DNA of 64,000 bases from assembly GCA_035548835.1 (NCBI GenBank), contig DASZSB010000168.1, forward strand, positions 21,192-85,191. Direction: 5' to 3'. The notes under the pieces were generated by a model. It did no database searches and was not told the origin of the DNA. It was given only the letters and a program-made list of their open reading frames with translations. The stretch comes from Gammaproteobacteria bacterium (lineage in GTDB: Bacteria > Pseudomonadota > Gammaproteobacteria > Steroidobacterales > Rariloculaceae). This document shows, piece after piece, positions 29,103 through 37,888 of this stretch (position 1 is its first letter; every line of letters starts with the position of its first letter). The translations under genes were made by a program, and so were the position numbers.

Positions 29103-32057
29103 TCAGCCGCGGCGGTGTTTGCGGGCGGGCTTCAGCAGATCCACGAACGCGTCCGGGTGGCACGGCTTGCTGAAGAAGAACCCCTGCATCTCGTCGCAGC
29201 CGTTCTCGCGCAGGAACTCGTATTGGGCCGCGGTCTCGACGCCTTCGGCCACGACGCGCACGCCGAGCGCCTTGCCCAGCGTCACGACGGCCTTCGTGAT
29301 GGCCGTGTCGTCGACGCTCTCCGGTATGTCGCGAACGAAAGCTCGATCGACCTTCAGCGTATCGATCGGAAAGCGCTTCAGCTGCGACAGTGACGAGTAG
29401 CCGGTGCCGAAGTCGTCGATCGCGAGCCTGACGCCGAGCTCCTTGATCGCGGCCGCCTTCGCGGCGGCGATGTCGACGTGCTGCATGATCATGCTCTCGG
29501 TGATCTCGAGCTCGAGGAGCCCCGGCGCCATGCCCGTGTCCGCCAGGATCGCGGCCACGTCGCTCAGCAGCGCGGGATCCTTGAACTGACGCGGCGAGAG
29601 GTTGACCGAGATCACGACGCCCGGCAGGCCGCGCTTCTGCCACGCCACGTTCTGCTCGCAAGCGGTGCGCATGACCCACTTGCCGATCGCGACGATGAGC
29701 CCCGTGTCTTCCGCGAGCGGAATGAAATGCGCGGGTGGCACCGTGCCGAGATCGGGGTTCCACCACCGCAGCAGCGCCTCGGCGCCCCTGATTTCTCCCG
29801 TCGCAATGTCCACGCGCGGCTGGTACTGCAGCGAGAACTCGCCGCGTTGCAGCGCGTGCGCGAGGCGCACCTCGAGCTCGAGATCCTCGACGGACATCGG
29901 GCTCATGTCGGCAGAATAGAGCTGGAAGTTGTTCTTGCCCTCTTCCTTGGCCAGGTACATCGCCATGTCGGCGTGCTTCATCAGGGTCGTCGCGTCGCGT
30001 GCGTCCTGCGGATAGGTCGCGACGCCGATGCTAACGGTCACGCGGCACTCGTGGTCCATGACGGTCAGAGGCGCATGCATGCTGACCAGGATCTGGCGCG
30101 CGACCTCGCTGGCCGCCTCCGTGCCTTCCAGATCCTCGAGCAGAACGACGAACTCGTCGCCGCCCAGGCGACCGACGACACCGGCATCACGGACGCAGGT
30201 GCGCAATCGTGCGGCCACCTCCTGCAATAGCAGGTCGCCGGCTTCGTGACCGAGCGAGTCGTTGACGATCTTGAAACGGTCGAGGTCGATGAACAGCACA
30301 GCGCAACGCCGGTCGTGGCGCTTCGCGGTCTCGATGGCGTGCCCGAGCAGCTCGCCGAAGAGCGTCCGGTTCGGCAGGTCCGTGAGCTCGTCGTGGGTCG
30401 CGAGATAGTGGACGCGCGCCTCGGCCGCCTTGCGGGCCGTGATGTCCTCGACGATCGCAACGTCGTACAGCGGCTTGCCGTCGGCCGTGCGGCGGGTGGC
30501 GGCCGTGATGCGCATCCAGAGCGTGGTGCCATCCTTGCGCTGGCAGCGCTTCTCGAGGGTGACGGTGTCGATGTCTCCGGCGTGCAGGCGCGCGCGGTCC
30601 CGATCCGCCATCTGAGCGTCGTCAGGATGCGAGATGTCCCAGATCGTGAGCGCGAGCAGCTCCTCTCCGGCGTAGCCCAGCATGTCGCGCAGACGGCCGT
30701 TGCACCAGATGAACCTGCCGTTCACGTCGACGTGGGCGATGCCGACTGCGGCCAGCTCCACCGTGCTGGCGTAACGGGCTTCGCTCTCGCGCAGCCGATG
30801 CTCGAGGGCGCGCCGCTCCGTGATGTCGTGGATCGTGCCTACGATTGCGATGGGCCGCCCCTGGGGGTCGGTGCGTGCCTCCACGAGTTGCTCGACGAGC
30901 TTCTCGCGCCCCCCGGCGAGCACGAGCCGGCTCTCGGTCGGACGGTAGGCGTCCGGGCCGGCGGAGATCGTGCTCTGGCCTTCGATCAGGATCTGGCGGT
31001 CGTCGGGATGGACCTTCGCTAGGAAGTTGTCGAAGGTGGCGGGGTAGTGCTGCGGGTCCTCCTCGAGGATTCGATACAGCTCTTCCGACCACCAGCTCTG
31101 GTTGGTCGAGAGGTCCCACTCCCAGTTGCCGATTTTGGCGAGGCGCTGCGCTTCGCGGTAGCGCATCTCGGTGAGCCGCAAGGCCGCGTCGGTGGCGCGC
31201 TGCTCGGTGACGTCCTGCAGCGTGCCGTTCAGCTCAACGGCGCGGCCGTCGGCGTCGAGCAGCGCGGCGCCCTGACTCTGGAACACCTTCAGCGTTCCGT
31301 CCGGCAACACGATGCGCACGTCGATGGGCTCGATCTCCTGACCCTTGGCGACCTGCGCCGTCCGCTGCGCGATACGCTCGCGATCGTCGGGGTGGATCAG
31401 CGCGACGTAGCGTTCGAACGGCCGCTGCTCGATCGCCGGATCGAGCTGCAGCATCCGGTACATCTCGTCGGACCACCAGTGCTCGTCGGAGACGAGGTCC
31501 CAGGTCCAGCTGCCGATCCTGGCGATACGCTGCGCCTCCTTGAGGCGCGCTTCGATGCGTGCGCCGTGCCCGCGATCACGCGGCGGCGCGCTACGCAGCA
31601 CGCACACGGTGAACGCGACATCGAGGAGGTCGAGCGTGCCGGCGTCGGCGTGCACGCTGATCGAAGTGCCGTCCTTGCAGTGCACGGCGACTTCGCGAGG
31701 GGCGGGCGGAGTGCCGGCGCCTTCGGGCGCGGCGCCCTGCAGCCCCGCCGGCAGCAGGCGTCGCAGCGGGTGGCCCACGAGCTCGGCCGAGACGTATCCG
31801 AACCGGTGCACGACGTGACGGTTCACGAATACGATCACGCCGCGCGAATCGAGCAGGACAGCCGGATCGGTCAACGCCTCGAGCGTCGCGAATACGGCGG
31901 CGTGCTGCGCGGCAGCGACCGGTGTCTCCGCGGTCGCGCGAGGCGTGTTGCGAGCGTCCCCCATGACTCCTGCGGGGGCTTCCAAGGTCGCGGCGGGCGC
32001 CCGCCGCTGGCCCGTCGCCCGGTTCGCGACGGTGATGCCGCTCCTAAGACGGCTCAA
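29103..32057 (-). CDS. Multi-PAS sensor diguanylate cyclase/phosphodiesterase (PAS-PAS-PAS-GGDEF-EAL)
   Basis: Several PAS/PAC repeats (e.g. 'WSWDL/WEWDL...W.SDE/EEL'). 'RLGGDEFVVLL' is an intact GGDEF motif; 'GAEALLRW', 'DDFGTGYSSL' and 'LKVDRAFV' are intact EAL motifs. The ORF start at 32057 is TTG; ATG at 31964 (after AGGAG) is an alternative. Confidence 0.9.
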   Translation of the reverse strand: MSRLRSGITVANRATGQRRAPAATLEAPAGVMGDARNTPRATAETPVAAAQHAAVFATLEALTDPAVLLDSRGVIVFVNRHVVHRFGYVSAELVGHPLRRLLPAGLQGAAPEGAGTPPAPREVAVHCKDGTSISVHADAGTLDLLDVAFTVCVLRSAPPRDRGHGARIEARLKEAQRIARIGSWTWDLVSDEHWWSDEMYRMLQLDPAIEQRPFERYVALIHPDDRERIAQRTAQVAKGQEIEPIDVRIVLPDGTLKVFQSQGAALLDADGRAVELNGTLQDVTEQRATDAALRLTEMRYREAQRLAKIGNWEWDLSTNQSWWSEELYRILEEDPQHYPATFDNFLAKVHPDDRQILIEGQSTISAGPDAYRPTESRLVLAGGREKLVEQLVEARTDPQGRPIAIVGTIHDITERRALEHRLRESEARYASTVELAAVGIAHVDVNGRFIWCNGRLRDMLGYAGEELLALTIWDISHPDDAQMADRDRARLHAGDIDTVTLEKRCQRKDGTTLWMRITAATRRTADGKPLYDVAIVEDITARKAAEARVHYLATHDELTDLPNRTLFGELLGHAIETAKRHDRRCAVLFIDLDRFKIVNDSLGHEAGDLLLQEVAARLRTCVRDAGVVGRLGGDEFVVLLEDLEGTEAASEVARQILVSMHAPLTVMDHECRVTVSIGVATYPQDARDATTLMKHADMAMYLAKEEGKNNFQLYSADMSPMSVEDLELEVRLAHALQRGEFSLQYQPRVDIATGEIRGAEALLRWWNPDLGTVPPAHFIPLAEDTGLIVAIGKWVMRTACEQNVAWQKRGLPGVVISVNLSPRQFKDPALLSDVAAILADTGMAPGLLELEITESMIMQHVDIAAAKAAAIKELGVRLAIDDFGTGYSSLSQLKRFPIDTLKVDRAFVRDIPESVDDTAITKAVVTLGKALGVRVVAEGVETAAQYEFLRENGCDEMQGFFFSKPCHPDAFVDLLKPARKHRRG

Positions 32058-32210
32058 TAGCCAGTGTCTTTACGATCGGCCCGCGAGACTGTGATGCGGC
32101 TCACGATGGCGAGCGAGGGAGCGCCGGACGCCCGGTTCCGCGGCGCCACGCCCCATCCACGCGGGAGTCCGCTATGATCTGCTGACGAATCGGCCCCGGA
32201 GGGGAGCTCA

Positions 32211-33014
32211 ATGGTGACGAACCGTCGGAACTTCATCGCTGGATGCACAGCCGCGCTTGCGGCTTCGCAGCTCGGAGGCGGTCGCGCGGCGGCCGCGGAC
32301 AAGGTGCCCGTGCTCGGTCTCATCTTCCCGCCCGCCGATCGCGGCATTCCGGAGGAAGGGGTCGCGATGTACGGCGATCGTCTGAAGTTCGTCGTGACCG
32401 GTCTCGGCGTAGAGCGCATGACGCCGGAGGGCTTCGATGCCGTCATGGAACGCATCCCCGCCGCCGCCAAGAAACTCGCGGCGGCCGGCGCCGAGGCCAT
32501 CGAGCTCACGGGCACTTCGCTGACGTTCTACAAGGGCGAGGCGTACAACCAGAAGCTTCGGAAGACCGTCACGGACGCGTCGGGGCTGCCGGCGACCACG
32601 ATGAGCAATGGCGTGATCGAGGGACTCAAGGCCGTCGGCGCGCGCAAGGTCGCGGTCGCGACCGCTTACAACGAAGAGGTCAACAAGCGACTGCGGGCGT
32701 TCCTGATCGAGCACGGGCTCACACCCGTCGTCGTGACCGGGCTCGGCCTCGAAGCCATCCGCGACGTCGACCACGTGACGCAGGACGACCTGATCGCGTT
32801 CGGCGAGCGCGTGCGCAAGTCCGCCGCCGATGCGGATTCGCTGCTGGTCTCGTGCGGTGGCTTCCGCACGCTCGAGATCATCGCGCCGCTCGAAGCGCGC
32901 ACGGGCGTGCCCGTGATCTCGAGCATGCCGCACGGCCTCTGGGCCGGCGCGCGGCTGGTTGGCCTGAGCGGCGCGGCGCCAGGCTATGGCAGGTTGCTGT
33001 CGCGCAAGGCATAG
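32211..33014 (+). CDS. Asp/Glu/hydantoin-racemase-superfamily protein (maleate isomerase / arylmalonate decarboxylase-like) with Tat signal
   Basis: 'NRRNFIAGCTAALAASQLGGGRAAAA' is a Tat leader. 'ELTGTSLTF', 'VAVATAYN' and 'LLVSCGGFRT' are the family blocks. Only one catalytic-type Cys is present. Confidence 0.75.
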   Translation: MVTNRRNFIAGCTAALAASQLGGGRAAAADKVPVLGLIFPPADRGIPEEGVAMYGDRLKFVVTGLGVERMTPEGFDAVMERIPAAAKKLAAAGAEAIELTGTSLTFYKGEAYNQKLRKTVTDASGLPATTMSNGVIEGLKAVGARKVAVATAYNEEVNKRLRAFLIEHGLTPVVVTGLGLEAIRDVDHVTQDDLIAFGERVRKSAADADSLLVSCGGFRTLEIIAPLEARTGVPVISSMPHGLWAGARLVGLSGAAPGYGRLLSRKA

Positions 33015-33027
33015 CGGGCGCGCCTGC

Positions 33028-33813
33028 ATGCCGGGCCCGCGTCACCTCGGCTGTGTTGCGGGGCTGACGCTCGTCGCAGCGAGCGTCGTCGCCCAGCCTG
33101 CGGCGCCGCGGCCGGAAGCTACGGAGGTCTGGAAACCCGTACCTCCCGTCGTCACGCCGGGGCCGGCGCTCCCGCCGGCCGGGCCGCCGTCGGATGCCGT
33201 CGTGCTGTTCGATGGCACGACGCTCGCCGAGTGGGTCGACCCACGGGACGGCTCTCCCGCCAGGTGGACGGTCGGCGACGGCTGTCTGCGCGTCGAGAAG
33301 GCGGTCGGCAACATCGAAACGCGGCGTCGCTTCCGCGACTATCAGCTGCACCTCGAGTGGCGCATCCCCGCGGATGTCGCGGGGGCCGGGCAGGCGCGCG
33401 GCAACAGCGGCGTGTTCCTCGCGTCGACCGGCGCCGGTGACCGCGGCTACGAGCTGCAGATCCTCGATTCGTACCGCAACGAGACCTACGTGAACGGCAT
33501 GGCCGGCAGCCTCTACAAGCAGTCGCCGCCGCTCGTGAACGCGAGCCGTCCGCCGGGCGAATGGCAGACGTACGATGTCGTCTGGCATGCGCCGCGCTTT
33601 CATGCCGACGGCACGCTGGATGCGCCGGCGCGCGCGACGGTGCTCTTCAACGGCGTGCTCGTGCAGGACGACTTCGCGCTGCGCGGGGAGACGGTCTACG
33701 TCGGCACGCCGGCATACTCGGCGCACGGCGCTGCGCCGATCAAGCTGCAGGCGCACAACGATCCGAGCACCCCGATCTGCTTCCGCGACATCTGGGTGCG
33801 CCCGTTGCCGTGA
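33028..33813 (+). CDS. Secreted DUF1080 (3-keto-disaccharide hydrolase-like, concanavalin-type) domain protein
   Basis: ATG at 33028 and a signal peptide. 'VLFDGTTLAEW...W.VGDG.L', 'FRDYQLHLEWRIP....GNSGVFL', 'YELQILDS', 'GSLY' and 'PIKLQAHNDP....FRDIWVRPL' form the typical DUF1080 signature. Confidence 0.8.
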   Translation: MPGPRHLGCVAGLTLVAASVVAQPAAPRPEATEVWKPVPPVVTPGPALPPAGPPSDAVVLFDGTTLAEWVDPRDGSPARWTVGDGCLRVEKAVGNIETRRRFRDYQLHLEWRIPADVAGAGQARGNSGVFLASTGAGDRGYELQILDSYRNETYVNGMAGSLYKQSPPLVNASRPPGEWQTYDVVWHAPRFHADGTLDAPARATVLFNGVLVQDDFALRGETVYVGTPAYSAHGAAPIKLQAHNDPSTPICFRDIWVRPLP

Positions 33814-34796
33814 GACGCGTGCGCACGGCAACGCGAGTCGGTGTTCTGGCGCTGCTGATCGGCGTTGCGGCGCACGCGGCCGGGCCGACGCCACGTCACA
33901 TCGACGTCGGGGGCGTGCAGCGCGAGTTTCTGGTCGTGACACCGGAGGCCATGCCCGCGGGACCGCGGCCGCTCGTGCTCGTGCTGCACGGCCATCTCGG
34001 CACGGCGGCGAACGCACTCGGCGGCGGGATGGCCCCATCACCGCTGTCGGCCTGGCTCGACATCGCGGCGCGCGAGAAGGTGCTGGTCGCGGCCCTGCAG
34101 GGACTGACGGGCGCGGACCGGCGCACCGGGTGGCACGACTGCCGCAGCGATGCGACCGACAATCCGCGCGTCGACGACGTGGCGTTCGCTGCGGCGGTGG
34201 CGCGGCGGCTCGTTGCGGAGAGCCGCGCGGATCCGCAGCGCATCTATGTCATGGGCATGTCGAACGGCGCCATGATGACGCTGCGGCTCGCGCTCGAGAT
34301 GCGGCCGGCGCCCGCCGCCGTTGCCGCCGTGGCCGGCACGCTGGCCGCGCAGTCCGACTGCAAGGCCGCACCTGGGCGACGGGTGTCGGTGCTGCTGATC
34401 CACGGCACGGAGGATCCGCTGGTGCCGTACGAGGGTGGCGGAGTGGGCTTCGGCGAGCGGCGCGATCGCGGCCAGGTGCTGAGCGTGGCCGCGACGCGCG
34501 ATTTCTGGCTGCGTGCAGACGGACTCGACCGTGCGCAGCCAATCGAGTACTCGTTCCCGCATCGCGGCGACGACGCGACGCGTGCGCGCAAGGTCACGTA
34601 CGGCACGGACCCTGGGCCGCAGGTGGTCGTGATCACGATCGAGCATGGCGGTCACGTGGAGCCGAGCCGGCGCTTCCGCTACGGTGCGCTCTACAACCGC
34701 ATCGTCGGCGCGCAGAACCGCGACCTCGAGTCGGCGGAAGAAGCGTGGGCGTTCTTCAGGACCAAGAAAGCGGATGCGGCCGACGGCCCGAAGTGA
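33810..34796 (+). CDS. Secreted esterase of the PHB-depolymerase / LpqC family
   Basis: GTG at 33810 overlaps the upstream stop (GTGA). Signal peptide. 'RPLVLVLHGH', 'VDDVAF...', 'IYVMGMSNGAMM' (GxSxG nucleophile elbow) and 'VLLIHGTEDPLVPYEGG'. Confidence 0.75.
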   Translation: MRRVRTATRVGVLALLIGVAAHAAGPTPRHIDVGGVQREFLVVTPEAMPAGPRPLVLVLHGHLGTAANALGGGMAPSPLSAWLDIAAREKVLVAALQGLTGADRRTGWHDCRSDATDNPRVDDVAFAAAVARRLVAESRADPQRIYVMGMSNGAMMTLRLALEMRPAPAAVAAVAGTLAAQSDCKAAPGRRVSVLLIHGTEDPLVPYEGGGVGFGERRDRGQVLSVAATRDFWLRADGLDRAQPIEYSFPHRGDDATRARKVTYGTDPGPQVVVITIEHGGHVEPSRRFRYGALYNRIVGAQNRDLESAEEAWAFFRTKKADAADGPK

Positions 34797-34841
34797 GACA
34801 CTTCGACGCGATCCCCGCAGCGACACTCTGAACGGTGCAGC

Positions 34842-36422
34842 ATGGCGTTACCTCCCGGCGTTGCGCAACGCGACTTCTCGAAGGCCCTCGAAGAGTTCGG
34901 CAACGCGCTCGGGCGCGAATGGGTGTTCACCAGCGACGAGGATCTGAAGCTCTATCGCGACGCCTACTCGCCGTTCTTCGGCGAACCGGAGGATCGCGTG
35001 GCCTCCGCCGCCGTGGCGCCGAACAGCACGGAGCAGGTGCAATCCGTCGTCCGCATCGCGAACAAATACAAGCTCCCGCTCTGGACGATCTCGACCGGCC
35101 GCAATCTCGGCTACGGCGGCTCGTCGCCCGCGTATTCCGGCAGCGTGGTCGTCGATCTGAAGCGCATGAACCGCGTCATCGAGGTCAACGACAAGACGCA
35201 CTACGCCGTCGTCGAGCCCGGCGTGAGCTACTTCGATCTCCACCGCTACATCCAGGAGCACGAGCTCAAGGTCTGGATCGATCCCGCGGACCCTGGCTGG
35301 GGCAGCCCCGTGGGGAACTCGCTCGAGCGTGGCGGCGGGCGCACGCCGATGCGCGATCACTGGAACGCCGTGTGCGGCATGGAGGTCGTGCTGCCGAGCG
35401 GCGAGGTGCTGCGCACGGGCATGGGCGGGCTGCCGAACACGCAGGTGTGGCACCAGTACAAATACGGCTTCGGGCCGCTCGTCGATGGTCTCTTCTCGCA
35501 GTCGAACTTCGGCATCGTGACGCGCTTAGGTCTCTGGCTCATGCCGGCGCCCGAGGCGTATCGCGACGGCCGCGTGAGCGTGCCGCTGCACGACGACCTC
35601 GTGCCGTTCATGGAGCACTACGCGTACCTCATGAACTCCGACATCCTGCGGGGCACGATGCTGCTCGAGAGCCCGCTGCTGAATTACCACGCGTCGCAGG
35701 GCGGATCGTTCTTCGAGATGCCGGGCGGCCCGTCTACGCGTGAGCTCGACCGCATGGCAATCGATCGCAAGCTGCCGTACTGGAGCGCGGAGTTCCGCTT
35801 CTGGGGGCCACCGCGCGTGATCGACGCACAGTGGGAAACGGTGAAGGAGAGGTTCGGCACGATCCGCGGCGCCACTTTTCAGGACGGCCGCAATTACCGT
35901 TTCCCGACCCAAGTGGACCAGAGCGATCCGACGCTGACCGTCGCGCTCGGAGTGCCGAGCCTCGGCGTGTTCGGGCTGCTGCAGGGCGGCGGGCACCTGG
36001 GGTTCTCGCCGATCATTCCGATGACGGGCGAGGCCGTCTTCAAGGCGCAGAAGGTGTACGGCCAGCTGTACGCGGACATGAATCTGCCCGTGGGCAATCA
36101 GTTCGCGGCGCTGCCGTGGTCGTACAACCCGCGCGCGCTCGTGCTGCTGTTCGGCATTCCGATGTCGCACGACAAGGCCAGGAATCAGGATGGCCGGAAG
36201 ATCTTCGAGAAGCTGGTCGAAGTGTCCGCGGCCAACGGCTGGGCCGAGTACCGCACGCACGTGGCGTTCATGGACAAGGTGGCCGACGCGTACTCGTTCA
36301 ACAACCACGCGATGCGCCGCTTCCACGAGACGCTGAAGGATGCCATCGACCCGAACGGCATCCTGTCGCCGGGCAAGTCGGGCATCTGGCCGAAGCGCCT
36401 GCGCGGCAAGCGACCGGCGTGA
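34842..36422 (+). CDS. FAD-linked oxidase of the vanillyl-alcohol oxidase / p-cresol methylhydroxylase (PchF) family
   Basis: 526 aa. 'VAPNSTEQVQSVVRIANKYKLPLWTISTGRNLGYGG', 'VVDLKRMNRVIEVNDKTHYAVVEPGVSYFDL' and 'GNSLERGGG' are VAO/PCMH FAD-binding blocks. No signal peptide. Confidence 0.85.
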   Translation: MALPPGVAQRDFSKALEEFGNALGREWVFTSDEDLKLYRDAYSPFFGEPEDRVASAAVAPNSTEQVQSVVRIANKYKLPLWTISTGRNLGYGGSSPAYSGSVVVDLKRMNRVIEVNDKTHYAVVEPGVSYFDLHRYIQEHELKVWIDPADPGWGSPVGNSLERGGGRTPMRDHWNAVCGMEVVLPSGEVLRTGMGGLPNTQVWHQYKYGFGPLVDGLFSQSNFGIVTRLGLWLMPAPEAYRDGRVSVPLHDDLVPFMEHYAYLMNSDILRGTMLLESPLLNYHASQGGSFFEMPGGPSTRELDRMAIDRKLPYWSAEFRFWGPPRVIDAQWETVKERFGTIRGATFQDGRNYRFPTQVDQSDPTLTVALGVPSLGVFGLLQGGGHLGFSPIIPMTGEAVFKAQKVYGQLYADMNLPVGNQFAALPWSYNPRALVLLFGIPMSHDKARNQDGRKIFEKLVEVSAANGWAEYRTHVAFMDKVADAYSFNNHAMRRFHETLKDAIDPNGILSPGKSGIWPKRLRGKRPA

Positions 36423-36606
36423 CGAGTCTCGCAGTCGCCGCGTCGCGACGCTTGCGCCGGTGCCGGCGCGGCGTTAGCATGCCGCCCGCTATGAACAAAC
36501 GCGCCACGGCCATGCAACTCGTATATCTCCACTGGAGGTGGACTGCCTGATCGTGCGCGTTTAGCAGGAAGGGCAGTCGTCAGTAACCGCGACTGCCGAA
36601 CCAATG

Positions 36607-36647
36607 AAACCCTGGTCAGGCAGCCGCCTCACCGGGGTTTTTCGTTT
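36607..36647 (+). terminator. Terminator-like hairpin + T tract abutting the GNAT start codon (possible attenuator)
   Basis: AAACCCTGGT (36607-36616) pairs with ACCGGGGTTT (36631-40); an inner AGGC/GCCT stem follows, then TTTTTCGTTT directly precedes ATG 36648. Confidence 0.5.
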
Positions 36648-37157
36648 ATGAGCACGAGCAACGTCGAGAACATCCTGATTCGCCGCGTCGAGCCCGATGA
36701 TTTCCGCGGGCTGAAGAGCATCGCGGAGCAGCCGCTGGCCGTGTACGGCACGCTGCAGCTGCCGTTTCCGTCCGCACAGGCCTGGCGCCAGCGGCTCGAG
36801 CAGCAGACCGGTAACCACTACGGACTCGTCGCGTGCGCGCGCGACGCGATCGTGGGCAGCCTGAGCCTCTCGGTCCCGGAGCGTTCGCCGCGGCGCGCGC
36901 ACGTGGGCGAGATCGGTGTCGCCGTGCACGATCAGTGGCAGGGCCGGGGCATCGGCACTGCGCTCGTGCGCGCGGCCGTCGATCTCGCCGACCGCTGGCT
37001 GAACCTGCGCCGGCTCGAGCTCACGGCGTACGCCGACAACGAGCGCGCGCTGAAGCTGTACCGGAAGTTCGGCTTCGAGATCGAAGGCCTGCTGCGGCGC
37101 TACGCGTTTCGCGACGGCGCGTTCGTGGACGCCTACGTGCTGGCGCGGCTGCGATAG
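36648..37157 (+). CDS. GNAT-family N-acetyltransferase
   Basis: 169 aa. 'VAVHDQWQGRGIGTALVRAAVDLA' (the Q/RxxGxG/A acetyl-CoA motif), 'LELTAYADNERALKLYRKFGFEIEG'. Confidence 0.9.
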   Translation: MSTSNVENILIRRVEPDDFRGLKSIAEQPLAVYGTLQLPFPSAQAWRQRLEQQTGNHYGLVACARDAIVGSLSLSVPERSPRRAHVGEIGVAVHDQWQGRGIGTALVRAAVDLADRWLNLRRLELTAYADNERALKLYRKFGFEIEGLLRRYAFRDGAFVDAYVLARLR

Positions 37158-37164
37158 GCATTCG

Positions 37165-37202
37165 CGCCGGCGTCGGTACCGGGTTCGGTCTCGACGCCGG
37201 CG
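37165..37202 (+). terminator. GC-rich hairpin after the GNAT gene (no U tract)
   Basis: CGCCGGCGTCG (37165-75) / 16-nt loop / CGACGCCGGCG (37192-202) is a perfect 11 bp stem. No T run follows, so terminator function is uncertain. Confidence 0.3.
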
Positions 37203-37266
37203 CGGCGGCCATGCGAGGCAGGCGCGAGCGTCCAGCATGGCACTCGCGACACCTGTTGCGGCGCGG

Positions 37267-37292
37267 GTGACCATGGCAGCATTAATGGTCAC
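37267..37292. promoter_or_regulatory. Inverted repeat (candidate operator) upstream of 37319..37765
   Basis: GTGACCAT-N10-ATGGTCAC has perfect 8-bp arms and an AT-rich centre (GGCAGCATTA). It lies 27 nt upstream of the ATG. Confidence 0.3.
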
Positions 37293-37318
37293 ACGATCCT
37301 GTGACGAGGTGGCGGTCG

Positions 37319-37765
37319 ATGGCTCGCATCAAAATGGCTGCATGTACGTTTGCCGTGCTGGGGGCGGTATTCGCGGGAGGCGCGATTGCGCAGCCGCCGA
37401 AGCCGGGCGTCAAGGGGTACGAGGTGGAGTGGGTCTACCGCGTCCGCTACGGCTTCATCGACGAGTGGTGGGACCTGTTCCGCAAGTATCAGATCCCCGT
37501 GCTCGATCGCATGAAGCAGCAGGGCTACATCGTCGACTACCGCATCTACCACCCGCAGTTCCACGTCGACGAGGCCTCACGCTGGGATTACCGCGTCGAG
37601 ATCACCTATCGCGACCAGGAAGCCGGATCCCACGAAGAGGAGATTGCGCAGGAGCTGTTCAAGGACGCTGTCACGCGCAAGCGCGACGAGCTGCGTCGCT
37701 GGGAGCTCACGACCAATCACTGGGATCTGCCGATCTACCAGGTCGATACGACCAAGAGCCGGTAG
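37319..37765 (+). CDS. Hypothetical small secreted protein
   Basis: ATG at 37319 follows GAGGTGG. Signal peptide MARIKMAACTFAVLGAVFAGGAIA. GC3-rich. I cannot confidently recognise a domain. Confidence 0.65.
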   Translation: MARIKMAACTFAVLGAVFAGGAIAQPPKPGVKGYEVEWVYRVRYGFIDEWWDLFRKYQIPVLDRMKQQGYIVDYRIYHPQFHVDEASRWDYRVEITYRDQEAGSHEEEIAQELFKDAVTRKRDELRRWELTTNHWDLPIYQVDTTKSR

Positions 37766-37768
37766 GCT

Positions 37769-37801
37769 GCGCCGGAGCGGTGCGCCGGCCGGCGTTTTTT
37801 T
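37769..37801 (+). terminator. Rho-independent terminator
   Basis: GC-rich palindromic stem (GCGCCGG...CCGGCG) at 37769-37794, followed by seven T (37795-37801). Confidence 0.7.
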
Positions 37802-37888
37802 GGCTTTCATAGGTCCGAGAAAGAGCGTGTAAGTCGTTGATGGTAATTTGGTAGTAGGGTCCCGCAAGGACCGGTTGGAGGAGTGACC

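Noticed and set aside
36423-36647. Small RNA gene (SRP/4.5S RNA, tRNA, other) in the structured intergenic region before the GNAT gene.
   Set aside because: It has short matches such as GGUCAGGCAGCC and GCAGGAAGG but lacks the SRP domain IV consensus (GGUCAGGUCCGGAAGGAAGCAGCC). It has no tRNA cloverleaf or T-loop (GTTCGAATC-like) sequence. I kept it only as a possible attenuator (see findings).
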